DNA of 64,000 nt. Source: an uncultured Solirubrobacterales bacterium. GTDB lineage: Bacteria; Actinomycetota; Thermoleophilia; Solirubrobacterales; Solirubrobacteraceae. Of the stretch, positions 63,887-64,000 are shown piece by piece; within the stretch, counting starts at the first letter, position 1, and every line of letters starts with the position of its first letter. A program made the translations under genes and the position numbers. The stretch covers positions 40,836 to 104,835 of the forward strand of contig CAWKGU010000009.1 of the NCBI GenBank assembly GCA_963849295.1, in the 5' to 3' direction. The notes beneath the pieces were generated by a model. It did not search any database and was not told the DNA's origin. It saw nothing but the letters and a program-made list of their open reading frames with translations.

Positions 63887-64000
63887 TCAGCGAGCGCCGT
63901 GCACTGTCCTCGTCGCGGACCGGCCTACATCGAATACGGACATGGCCGGCTGGCGAGAACCGATCGCCAGCAGCTCGTCCACCAACGTGAATACCGCCCG
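63887..64000 (-). CDS. Possible 3' end of a gene running off the window
   Basis: Open frame RAVFTLVDELLAIGSRQPAMSVFDVGRSATRTVHGAR*. Confidence 0.3.
   Translation of the reverse strand, partial: RAVFTLVDELLAIGSRQPAMSVFDVGRSATRTVHGAR

Noticed and set aside
48700-64000. Intact integrative element at tRNA-Sec
   Set aside because: No integrase and no duplicated tRNA 3' end (attR) in the window.

Overview
GC-rich actinobacterial chromosomal window. Gene content and style resemble Thermoleophilia/Solirubrobacterales (inference). No CRISPR array, integrase or intact transposase was seen. Order: lhr end-nei-GDPD; crp-Nudix-ASCH-DUF899; groES/groEL with two CIRCE boxes; GT4; a secreted Cys-Cys/Gly-rich beta-helix protein with an L,D-transpeptidase; a complete alpha-glucan/trehalose supercluster (glgE-treS-mak-glgB-treZ-glgX-treY, divergent malQ); SGNH hydrolase and a second beta-helix paralog; a convergent ECF/anti-sigma pair; citrate synthase, amidase and ferredoxin; a 1638-aa S8 protease; mrp; a LipJ-like cyclase; an AdnA-like helicase-nuclease; PAC2; a YhaM-like protein; tRNA-Sec; an accessory stretch with an orphan yidC and a TipA-like MerR; and a putative stress operon (pyruvate oxidase, SatP, FAD/Fe-S oxidoreductase). 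The most unusual signal is four back-to-back perfect 24-bp palindromes with different arms but the same GCATGC centre (33334-33430). Next are two paralogous secreted proteins carrying a ladder of CCxGGG motifs, and a dispersed REP-like hairpin. Seven genes carry single-base frameshifts that are most likely sequencing errors.
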